Positions 32,596 to 43,819 of a stretch of DNA of 64,000 bases are shown one piece after another. The position numbers and the translations under genes were made by a program. The notes beneath the pieces are model-generated. The model searched no databases and was not told the DNA's origin. It saw only the letters and a list, made by a program, of their open reading frames with translations. Location of the stretch: assembly GCA_030704615.1 (NCBI GenBank), contig CM060734.1, positions 32,860,001 through 32,924,000 of the forward strand, read 5' to 3'. Each line of letters begins with the position of its first letter. Position 1 is the stretch's first letter. The DNA is from Takakia lepidozioides (taxonomy: Eukaryota > Plantae > Bryophyta).

Positions 32596-34613
32596 ATACA
32601 AGGCTGATTTGCTTCCTCATGTGCCTCCTCCAAGGACCCCAAACAGTCCTCCAAAGACTCTTCCTATGTCACCATGTTCCCAATGCGTTCCTAAGTTCCC
32701 AATGGGTTCCCAATAGGTTCCCTAAAAATATTCCTAAAAATATTCCTAAAAATATGCCATAGTATTCCCTTAGTAGTCCTATGGGCCTATATGTATTCTC
32801 TTTGTATTCCCCTTGTATTCTCCTTAGGAATAGCCATTTCCCCCTCATAGAGTAGTTCATTTCCTCCCAGGGTTTAGCCATTTCCCCCTAGGCTTTAGCC
32901 ACTTCCCCCTCTATTTCCTTGAGGTTTAGCCTTACCAAGCTAGGGTTTGTGCTCCTTGGGGCTCTATGTTTAATCCCCTCAAGCACCCCTGAATTCTATG
33001 GGGTACCAAGGCAAATTCCCTTGATCTTCTTCACCTTAAGCTACTCAAGTTTGTCTCCAACTCAACTAGCAATGCATTGGCCACACAACAAGCTCAATTT
33101 CTCATTGGAACTCAAAATCAAAGCTTATACCTCCTTTGATAAGCCACCAAGCATTGTCTCCTCTCAAGCCTTGGTCACTCAAGCTCCCTTCACTTGCTAG
33201 CTCAAGAGCCACTCCTCTCAAGCTTGAAATTGCAAAGCTCAAACCAAATGCATGCTTCACACATGCATCACCTCATACACAAGGGAATCAACTTGCTCCC
33301 TTCACCTTCTAGCTCTCCTCAAGCTTGAAATTGGAAGCCACACTTGGGAAGCATATCCACATAAGCATCACTTGCTTGATCAACCATCCACCACAAAACT
33401 TAAGCCAAAAGGGAATGAATACATGAGCTTCACCTTCACCTTCCTTGTCTTGTCACATGCTAATGTATGGTTGAAGTTGCTATGCATGCCTTGAGCCACA
33501 ATCTCTTTTCTTCAAGGACTTCCACAAATTGTTCTCCAAGCCTTTCCAATGCCCTAAGCTTGGCTTTACACCACCATGATTGGAAGACTTCTTCACATGC
33601 TCCCCTTCAAACCTCTTGAGCTTCCTAATGCTCTCCAAGTGCTTGCCTTTGTTGTCTTTAAGCCCAAGCCTATGTAGCTCCTTGGCTTCTCTTCCACAAC
33701 ATCCACACTTGAGCTTGCTTAACCCTAGATTGATAGTGAAATGAGTACTAACAATCATTTAGTTGCTCTCCACAAGCCATGGCACACACCATTGACTCCA
33801 TAATGTATAGAAATGATTCTCAATCCCTAGAATCCATGCTTCCACACATACAAGACTTCCCTCTTGCAATCCTTGCAAATCTTGTGGCAAACAAGCTCCT
33901 TCTTGAGCTCCCCAACACCTTGGTGTAACACCACAAGTACCTTTCCTTGCAACCCTTGGATACAAGAACTAAATTCTCCTAGCTCTCCAATTCCTTGGTG
34001 GATGCAACTTCACCAAGCCCCTTTCTTTGCAACCCTTGCAAGCCTTGTGATACAAGAGCTAAATTCTCCTAGCTCTCCAATTCCTTGGTGGATACAACTT
34101 CACCAAAGCACCTTTCCTTGCAACATCTTGCAAGCCTTATGAGATATTTGAGCTTCCTAGCTCTCTCACTCCTTGGTGCACACCAACACAAGTGCTAAGC
34201 TAATCCTTACACTCCGTACTCACAAACATAAAGTCATCTTCTTGTAGTGATAATGAAAGTGAACACAATGGAAACACACCACTCATGAATCCACTCAATC
34301 ACATAAACTAAGTCAAGCCAAGGGCACCTTTGCTAAATGAATCCACCCTACAAAACCCTTACCACACTCCTTCTCAATACCTAGAGCTGTGGAGGTGGGA
34401 AAGGCTCATAGAGGCTCAACTACAAGAAGATGAGCCTTCCTCAACACTCACAAGGGGAAAACCCATCCTCATGTCCCAAGTGAGGTTTGACACCTCACTT
34501 GGCATATGAGACCAAATGAAGTCCCAACACACAAAATACAAATATAAATATCCAAAATATCCTAGTTAATTAGAAGTAGGTAATTCTAGTTAACCATGAC
34601 TAGAACCATGAGA

Positions 34614-34659
<46 letters not shown>

Positions 34660-35033
34660 AGGCCAACACTATTGATAGTGCCCACACATATGGAAAAAAT
34701 AGCACACTGTAGAAGGTGGTGGTATCATGATAGTCAACGATCTTGGTTCCCAACACCAACACATATAATAAAACACAATTTTAAGTAAATTTGGACTAAA
34801 GTTTGGTCCAGAAATAAGGAGAAATATCTTAATATGTATTTTTTAAATCATTTAAATGGATCATTTTAAATATAAATATAAAGATATAAATAATTGTTTG
34901 TCTATTAATATATAATATGAGAAATAAAGAAACATTATGTATAAACTTCAGGAGAAAAAGCAGTTTCTATTTGGCTCATAAAGCAAGTTCCACTGTTCAC
35001 TCGACGTTTAGTAGGAGTTGAATGAGATACCAA

Positions 35034-35108
35034 CAGTCAGTAGCTCAGTTGGTGAAGTGCACTGAGTGTCACCCTGATAATTATGGGATCAAATCTTGCT
35101 ACTGACGA
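35034..35108 (+). mobile_element. tRNA-derived (Asp-like) SINE head or tRNA pseudogene
   Basis: A box TAGCTCAGTTGG, degenerate B box GGATCAAATC, GTCAG/CTGAC acceptor-like stem and GTC in the anticodon position. Confidence 0.45.
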
Positions 35109-37329
35109 GTGTGGTATGTTCCTGGTACATGATTCTCTCTGTCAAGTTATTTTACCACTAGTGTGAAGTTAGCTAGGAAATAACTAGCTTTTATATATTG
35201 ACATTTGGGATTGACCCAAGTGTCAATCCAGAGTCAATACATGTTTGGGCACTTGACGTTGTTATCTTCACGGCAGATCGCGGTGGGCTCATCTTTCTCG
35301 AGTTGAGCCTCACCGCGTCTAGCTATACAAAGAAGGTGGAAAGCTACGAGGAAAGGAAGCTAAAGCAATGCCTATCCCCAGCACGCTCTCATCCCAACAC
35401 CCTTTTTTTTCCTCTCTTCTCTCACTTGCATGACCATGAGAGCATCCTGTAGACACTCCTCAAACCGCCCTCCTCGAGCTCATGAAACTTGGCCTCCAAG
35501 GCCCCATGCACTCCACAGGGTCCGCCAGTGCCTCCTTATGTCCACCAGCCATTCCTCAGAATGGAACCACCTCAGGAAACCACGCCATTCACTGAAGGTT
35601 CAAAAATGGAGCAAATAGAGGTACATATAGGCCCCAACAACATTCTGTCCAAAAGAATTACCTGCAGGCTGGTCTCCCCCATAGTTAAGAATTGGGCTGA
35701 AAACCAGAAAAGATTACCTGCAGGGGAGTAATCCCCTTTGTTAAAATGCAACAGGGAGGCAATTCCGACTTTTCTGCCGGATCAGCTAGCTCAAAACTGT
35801 TGTTCTTCAGAGCCCAGCCTCCCCATCAAGGTCCCACGAAACGAGTGATTTTATTATTGCCTGTTCACTGCCTTCCGTGGCTCTAACCGCCACGACTCCT
35901 CACGGCCCGCCCTAGGCGCTCGTTGGCCACGGGCTGCCCCGTGGTACCCCGTGATACCCCGTGGTACCACGCCCACGAGCCTTCACGGCCTGCCATCCCC
36001 ACGATCTGGTCACCGTGCCAACCCGTGGTGTCCGCACCACTGCTTCCAACGGTCACGGTCAATGGTCACGGTCACAGTCACGGCCTGGGCTCGTGGTATC
36101 TCGTGATACCGCCCCAACGGCCCATCACGGCCATTATTTCCTGCGTTCCCTGGAACTCCCAACGAGTTCCCATGCGTTCCCAGGCGTTCCCACGCATTCC
36201 CGAGTTGGGGTTTGCTCCTGCACTTGCTGCCGACGAGCTATGGCTTCTGCGGAGCCATCAGCCCCGTTGCCCTGCACTCATGAGCTCTCACGGCCCACTA
36301 GAAGCGCCCCCAACTCAACAAGCAAGCCATATGTTTCCCAACAAGCTCCATTTTCTCCATGAAGCTTACAAAAACAAATCTGAAAATACACACCGTTACA
36401 ACCTTGGTGTACCTGCAGTTCTACTGCACATTCCCTATGCAACGCCACTCTTCAATATAGGCTACCCGCCTCTCTATCCATTGCAAACCTGCAACCTGTT
36501 CGCCTTCGCACTCTATCCGCTTTGAATAGGCTCATGCATAGATCCCTGCACTCTAGGCTGAACCGCTTCTCATGATCTGAAAACACAAGTGCTACCAAGC
36601 TCTCTCAAACTCACACACTTGCATATGAAAACATCACTCATATTAAGTCGAACCAAGTGCACCCCACGCCTTGGGGAATCCACACCGAGACCTTTCTGTA
36701 GGGGGAGGCAAGAGTCAGTCCGGGTTTGGGCTGGGGTGTCCTTGCAGAAGCGACACTGTGGAGTTATTTTGGTGTGGGGGAGTTGTTGTTTTCATTCTTG
36801 TGTTTGGATCCCCTCCACACCTGTATGCTTGATTGTGCGCCATGCTAGTTTTGTGTAGGCGCTTGATTTTATAGGTAGTTAACTCGGGCTTGATCGCCGA
36901 TCCAACCCTAGAGCATGCTGCCAATGGTGAGGCTGGGTTGATGACCAGTCAGACCATCTTTGTTTCTCATGTGGTGAGGTTGGAGGTGATGACCAGCCCA
37001 CCATGGGAGTGCCTGCAGTGGATGCAGGTGCAGGTGCAGGCTATGTTAGGAACCTAGTATTCCAAACCATAAGCCGCATCAGGTTCTCTACCCGATTACC
37101 TTGTGGAGAGGGGGTTAGAGACAGGTTCATGACCGGTTGAGTGTCAGTTTGTCAACACGGAGGTGTCACTAGTTGCTGGGGAAAGTGCCGGTACGAGCAC
37201 TAACAATACTAGCGGGTATACGAGACGAGGTGTGCGGTTTAGGCCACCTACACCTCCTCTACGGAAGGTTCTGATTCGGATTGTGAATCAGGAGGACTCA
37301 CACCGGCGGTGCAAGTTGTTTCCAACTTG

Positions 37330-39300
37330 GAGGAGATGTATGGAGCCACCAAGGGGCCACGAAGGTACTCTGGGGGGGTGGGCACCATTGAGTTGGATGA
37401 TTTTATTCAAGAGTTTGATAGTTGGTGTGACTTGCAGAAATGCACAATCCACAATTGTTTACGCCTTTAATGGCATGGAAGGGGCTGTTTCAGCACCTTG
37501 AGGGGCCGCCCATGGATGATTACCATGAGTTTAGGCAGGGGCACGATGTTGAGATCGAGGAGTGGAGGATGTACTGGTCACCCAACTATGTATCCATCAC
37601 TAGAGGCACTAGAAGCACAAGGGCAGCAGCCACACCGGCAGCTGCACCGGCAACAGCGGCTACAACAACAACTTCCACGAGCAGTAGTGGGACTAGTGGT
37701 ACAGCAGCTACGACGTCCACCCAAGCTACTGCTCCACCAGCACAAGTGGCGGTGCCTGCCTTCAACCTTGTTGTGGAGTTCTTCGAAGAGTTGAGAAGGA
37801 ACTACCAAGGGGTGAGGACATAGAAGTTGAGGATCTTGCAAGAGTTCCAGAGGAAGCCTACTGAAAGCTTGAGGGAGGCTTTCACTTGCATGAGGCGCTT
37901 GATTAATGTAACCCAAGGGGTTATGGAGGCTCAGGCAGTCCAATTTTGGTATGGGGTATTGGACAAGGAGCTCAGGACAATGGTGCGGGATGCAACTCTC
38001 CGACAAGCGGCCCAACCCACCTTAGCAAATGTATTTTTGCTGGCAGAGCGGATAGAGCTCAACATGGTGGAGGAACGAGTGGTCATGGTGGGATTTGCTA
38101 AGGAGGCACCACGGGGTAGTGGTGCTCCTAGCCAGCCACTACCTCAATGTGCTCAAGGCAACAAGGGGGCTCAGGTGAAGCCCAAGGAAGGGCAGAGAGG
38201 ACCTCAGATACAGGGGTCTCTCCCTTCATTTGCTAGCCAACAACGGGCGGATGTGGTGTGCTGGACATGTGGGGGACCCCATGTCAAGAAGGATTGCTCA
38301 GAGGGAAGCAATGGTTTGGCACCGGCACAGCCTGCACAATTGCAGTGTGGGCATTGTGGCAAGTACGGGCATGAAGAAAGCCAGTGCTATGGTTTGCATC
38401 CTGAGTTGCGCCTAGGCCAGTTCCAAGGGAACAATGATGGCCGGGGGCGAGGTGAAACAACCCAGAGAGGACGAGGTGGCCAGGCACGAGGTACAGGCCA
38501 AGGGCAAGCTCAACATGGCCAAGGACGCGGAGGTCAAGGTGTGAACCAAGGCATGGCCAACCGGCTTCAGCAGCTAGAGCAGAAGCTCGCTGCCATGACC
38601 ACGGCTCAGGTGGTACCGGCTCTGAGGCCGGATGGTCCACCTCCTGCTCCTAAGGGAGGAGACTTGGGAGGCATGGGATTCATGTGCGGGGCAGCACTAC
38701 CACTAGTGAGGGGTGCCACTACCGCTACCACTGTGGGTGGGGCACCACTACCACTAGTGTCGGGCAGCGCTGCCCCTACCACTATGAGTGGGGCAGCACT
38801 ACCACTAGTGCAAGTGGAGTTGGCTGCGGTAGTGACTCGAGGAGCAGCACGAGTTCCTGAGCCACGGGGTGCGGAGGTGGAGTTGGATCCACAGCGTGGG
38901 GAGGCAAGCCGTCAGGCTAGGCTTCCTCAATCATTCACATTGGCGGAGACAGTGTCGACGCCGTCCATGGCACCTAGTTCTTGCCCGACTGTTACCGAGG
39001 CAAAGGTTACTATGCCATTGGGGAGAGGTACATGGGCAGCACCACTACCTAGTGTTGCCAACGCCATGGCAGCTAGTGTGCTGCTGGGGGCGGCCACATC
39101 AATGTGCCAGGCTCCATTGTTCTAGGCTACCATGATTGCGACGCCGGGGGTAAGACCAGCTGAGATGTTCAGGCTGGCAGCTACACTCTGTGAGAGTGGG
39201 GAGGTTATTTCATCTTCTGCGGAGATAGTGGAAGGTGTAGTACCGGAGGGATCCTCTGATTTGAGGGTTAAGACTGCCACGGCGGCACCATGACAAGCTG
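37330..39300 (+). pseudogene. Ty3 gag with two CCHC zinc knuckles (element 2)
   Basis: LQEFQRKPTESLREAF, CWTCGGPHVKKDC and CGHCGKYGHEESQC, with in-frame stops at 37821 and 39123. Confidence 0.85.
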
Positions 39301-39307
39301 CAGCTGC

Positions 39308-39985
39308 CGCTCAAGCCCCACAATGGAGTGTGAGCAACCATGGCAGGCATCTCCGCCATACCATACATGTCATACTGCTCTCCCGGAGGTGACACATCCT
39401 CTGAATGAGTGTTGCCCTCAAGCAACTCTCCAGGCCAACAAACTACAGCTGTGAATGCTGCCAGTGTCGTCATCTTGCCTCGCTGGGCAACTGCAACTCC
39501 TCCTATGAACATCATAGGGAGCTGCACATGCCGGCCCTCCCCTGACTGCCATCCAGGCCTATAGGAAGCTGACTCCCCCAAAAATCCAGGGTGAAGCCCA
39601 TGGGGTACAACACTGCCCCACCAACAAGGACATTGTACGAGAACGCGTCTGTCACAATGGCCTTGGCTCTCATCACTGAGCCATCTGTAGGATGATTTGG
39701 CTATAGTCGGATAGCCAACTCACGTCGTGTCATGCCCCGAGCTTGCTCTGATCCTCCCAGAGATGTCTGTATCTGGAAAGGGCACGGCTTCATATCCGCC
39801 TCCGTGAAGCCCAAGCCTGCAATAGCAACTCTGCCCAGCATCATGGCTGAGCTCTCGAGTCCAACAAGACTCCAGTGGCCGGTACCTCTTGCCTGCCAGT
39901 CCACTCAAACAGAAAATGTCATCCTGGTTGTCTAACATGACAACTCCAGGTGTCACCATGGCGTGCTCAATGGCTGGCCTAGCTG
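39308..39985 (-). pseudogene. Locally inverted aspartic protease region of element 2
   Basis: The - strand ORFs match the element 1 protease region (LGRVAIAGLGFTEADMKPCPFQIQTSLGG). Confidence 0.8.
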
Positions 39986-39989
39986 GCAG

Positions 39990-40220
39990 CTCCAGCGGGT
40001 TGCTGATTGTCGTGTGCAACAAGCCTGGGTAGAGGCTTTTGTACCGTCAGGAGAGGAAGACAATGCAGGGATTGCACCAGGACCACCATTGGACACAACA
40101 CCGATCGTGTGGCAGTGTCCGGATGAAGGCATTTGCCTTCTGGACTTGTTTGGCGGGATCAGCACCGGATTGGCTGCTGTGCTACAGGCAGGTGTACGGG
40201 TACGTCGTTACTTGTATTTG
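39990..40220 (+). pseudogene. N-terminal fragment (motif I) of a C5-cytosine DNA methyltransferase within Ty3 pol
   Basis: ICLLDLFGGISTGLAAVLQAGVRVRRYLY resembles DNMT3-type motif I ([28 protein letters not shown]). It is truncated by the MULE insertion at 40221. Confidence 0.7.
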
Positions 40221-43200
40221 CAACGACGCTACCGCGTGAGTGTGTGAGCGTATGCTCACACAATGATGATGTGGCGTGAGCCTGGTCCAGGTCATGCCAC
40301 GTCACCACAAAGAAGGTGGGCCTATAACCGTGGAGCCTACAACTGCTGATTTTACCACATGAAGGTGAAACGGATGAAGGGTTTCGGGCTTTCCTGGAGT
40401 TCAACCTTCTGTTAACAGGAGCTTCATTTCCTAGAACTGAAATGAACGTTGTGTTAACACGAGGTTGTTTTCCTGAAACAAAAATCAACATCGTGTCAAC
40501 ACGAGGTTCATTGAACATCTCCAAATCAACCTTGTGTTGACACGATGTTGTTTTCTTAGAACTGAAATCAACCTTTTGTCGACATAAGGTGGATTTGGAG
40601 AACTTCAAGTGAACCTCGTGTTAACACGAGGTTGATTTGATCATCTGTCTATTTGAAGGTAGTTTCTTGTGTTTGCTAATGAAAAGAGAATGACAAACCA
40701 ATGTGACAAATGCGTTGACCCACGCATAGCGAAGATGTTAGACGACATACATTGAGAGACACTGGACTTGAACAGTCATTCCATTACAAGTTGTAGTAAA
40801 GGAAAACACATATTTCTTCCTGTCAAGTGCATGCTATCTATGGGCTTGTATCCCGCTGTAGAAGTGTGTTAACTTCGTTGAAACTCATAGTGGCTTGGTG
40901 AATGAAGAAGTCGCGCTTTGGATCACAAACCATCCTTCTCAAGAAGACGAAGTAAAGGTGTCTGCACGGTATGAACTTCCCTCTCTTTCCCAAACTACTT
41001 GAAAGCATACCAACAAAATCAGGACAGGTACAATTGGGAAAATTGGAAACAGTGATGTCGTACGTCTTGTCCTGCAGCGCAGATGCGGATGAGATCATGG
41101 TGAAGACCCAACCATACCCTGGATCAGGCACTTCCATTGTTCCCGCAACACAAGCGTGAAGCATCCTCGCGGACTCGATTTTGCCGTAGTGTTTTGCGGT
41201 TGGAGGGAATCGTCGAACCAGCTTCCCATTCCGTCTGGTTGGCCACAAGTGAGCGTCAGGCGGAGGTACCCATGAACCGCTTGTACTTGAAGTACCTCCA
41301 CGTGCAATGGAATGTCTGGCTAGGGAAAAACCCGCCTCTTCCAGCATTGCGATCTCTTGGTGAGTGAGACCTGTGCCCATCTTCACAGGCCACACGGTTG
41401 GTGGAGTAGGCTTCCTCACCACGGAGGGCCTCACTATCATACACACACATCTACCGCAATCGTTAGCGCAGAACCAGAACTTGTGGTTCTTTGCCTCTCC
41501 TTGTCCGTAAGGGAGAAACAAACCAGTGAATGTAGGAGCTGTAGTGCGTTCTTTCCCTCTGGATATTACTGATGTACATTTTTTATGATTGGTGGCTCTG
41601 ATCGCCGCGCATTTCACACGCGATCCAGCACTTGTGCATTCTATATGCCAAACCTCGTCCAAGCACATGGACTCCGTTACATGTGGCACCACGTTCTGGT
41701 CTTCAACCATTGCAGTGACAGTGCTTGATGCAAGGGTCCGGTCTGGGGCTGAATGGCCCTTACCTATGGATGTTCCGCAATTCCATCTCTGATCCAAGGG
41801 AACACGTGGTGTGGAGAAGTTGACCCTATCCGCCCTATGGGAATTTGCATCCGATCCGGGAGGGGTGTCCAATTTCTGTTTGCAAGACCCGAATCTCTCT
41901 TTGTCTTCTAGATGGGGAACTCTTCCCACGAGAGGGGTGCCATCTGCACATATGCTCACTGCCCGCACTATTTTGCTGGGATGCCCCGATCTTCTGGCTG
42001 CCCGCAACATCAACTCGCTCCTGTCCGGGCCTTTGCCACCAAGGCCACCACTCAAGAATGACCTGTATCTGGTTTGCTGCTGCAGAGCACAGATAAGGTC
42101 ATCAGCCATGGCCGCATACAAATCTCTTCCTTTTTGGCCGGATTGCTGCAACCAGGCATTGTGCACTGTCTCCGCTAGATTGCAAGAAGGCATGTCCGCC
42201 ATTTCCTCAATGGACATATGCTGCAAGGTGAAAAAACACGAAGCCCGATATTAGGATGGGGACCCTGAAAGATATATCCGAAACACCCAAAGGAAGGTGA
42301 ATGCAAACCGCTCACCATTGTCATGGCCGCTCCCCATTGTCGGTAACAGAAGTGCCAAAATGTGAACCAGTCTTCCAGTGCCCTCATGCTGTCCTCCGCT
42401 GCCGCTCCAGATGAGTATCACTAGGCACGAATTGTCTGGAACAATGTATTCGCTTCCCCCATAGTTTTGGCATCTTTGTACTGTTTGCACAGTTGATGAT
42501 GCATACTCTGCATATCTAGCTTGATGTCTGCTTTTGTGTGTTTGTCCAGGGATTGTGTCCAATGGAAAAGACACGTACGTTCTCTTTCAGGCATTGGCAC
42601 TTTTGGATCTCCCGTCCCGAACACAATGCGGACAGCGTTGAAGTTAGCTTGAGCACTGTCGGCCATGAAACCAACAAAATTGGGAGATGGGAGACCATTG
42701 GAGGCCATAACATGAATAAGAGCTTCCCACATGAGCTGCTGTGAATCTGTGTCCTCTGACTGCATGTCATACACTGCAATTGTCATGACACGCTGGTACA
42801 CAGGGTCGTAAACATGACATGCCATTGTGGTCCAGTCTTTAACCCTCTTGACGTGATCGAACATAAGGAAGCAGTGGCCAAGATCGCCACCCTTCTGCAT
42901 ACGTTTAACCAGACTAACTCCGCTGCCCTCACCTTTTGTGGACATTTTGCACAGGAATACTTTCCTGGCTCCTTGTCCCGGAAAAACGTTGTCTTGGATG
43001 TAGTCGTACATGCTCATTTTCTTCAAATCCATAATATTGTCCATATAACCTAGGCTCCCAGAGCCCATTCTTAAATCGTTCACCTGATTCCTAATGTTTG
43101 GAGAAGTCAAAGTCGAGAAATGGTCCATAACAATGTCAAAGCTGGTCCCTCCAGTTTTCCTCCAACCGAATCCGATGCACACAGAATACAGCTTTCCATA

Positions 43201-43819
43201 AAGGACTTGCTCGCCCCCATGACAATTGCAGATGTGGTTCCAGTTGGATTGGTATCCAACTCTTGCCTTATCAGATGTGAGACTGTCTCAACGCTCTCCG
43301 TGTAATCCCCCTTGGACACAGGGTGGTTGTGAAAACCGAAATGGACACGGGCTCTGGTCAGGGTTTTGAATCGATGCACCACATAGTACATCAGCAAGGT
43401 AGTAGCGTACAAAACTTGCACACAAAAGTGTTGTTGTATGGTGGTGTCACCCTAGGCTTGAATGGATTCTCACTGACACCATCCCATTCGCTTTGGTTTT
43501 GCACACCTGACAGTGCGAAGTGTATGCATTTTATGTTCTCGCATTTCAGGTGCCCATTACAGACTGTTCGCCTGAATATGAGGTTGTCATGGTTCTGAAT
43601 ATTGGAGGTTTTTGGGCGGCACCAAGGGTGCCCATCGTGCTTTTTGTCCATTCCTTCCATGAGACTGGAAATGCCCCCCACGTGACCCGGAGGAGGCAGC
43701 TCGAAAACAGTATTACCATCAAAAGATTCCGGCAAGAATGCCACCCTCTGAACATTGAAAGTGCTCCAGTCAATCCCCCTCAACTCACTCTTGAATCCTA
43801 CCATCCCACCCATGGCTTT
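40221..43819 (-). mobile_element. Truncated autonomous-type MULE element with transposase pseudogene (40838-~43810): GCM/WRKY-like zinc domain, DDE core, SWIM finger
   Basis: Core motifs MFDHVK / FMADSA / CLFHW / NLAETVH; SWIM finger CTCPDF...CRHLYF; GT-AG intron 42221-42315. The terminus CAACGACGCTACCG is shared with 28895. Confidence 0.82.
40403..40633. repeat. Six ~22-bp palindromes (consensus AACCTCGTGTTAACACGAGGTT) at 41-42-bp spacing
   Basis: Copies start at 40403, 40445, 40487, 40528, 40570 and 40612; the last is a perfect palindrome. Confidence 0.85.

Larger units (their letters stand above)
25278..34615 (-). mobile_element. Ty3/gypsy element 1 with permuted LTR structure B-internal-PPT-A-gc-B-t-A; gag-PR segment (~28065-32595) inverted; RNase H and part of RT deleted
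   Basis: B copies at 34248-34615 and 25364-25732; A copies (85 bp) at 25735-25819 and 25278-25362; PPT at 25820-25834. RT fragment ~27360-27860, integrase 26178-27245, gag and protease on the + strand. Confidence 0.85.

Noticed and set aside
34616-34655. Poly(A) tail of a retroposed sequence
   Set aside because: It abuts the element 1 terminus and matches the A-rich flank at 25260-25277, so it is more likely the expanded A-tract target. The TSD cannot be resolved.
35034-35108. Functional tRNA-Asp gene
   Set aside because: The anticodon and T stems pair poorly and the B box is degenerate.
40403-40633. CRISPR-like array (palindromic repeats with ~20-bp spacers)
   Set aside because: The spacers are related to one another, the repeats are degenerate, there are no cas genes, and the context is a eukaryotic transposon end.
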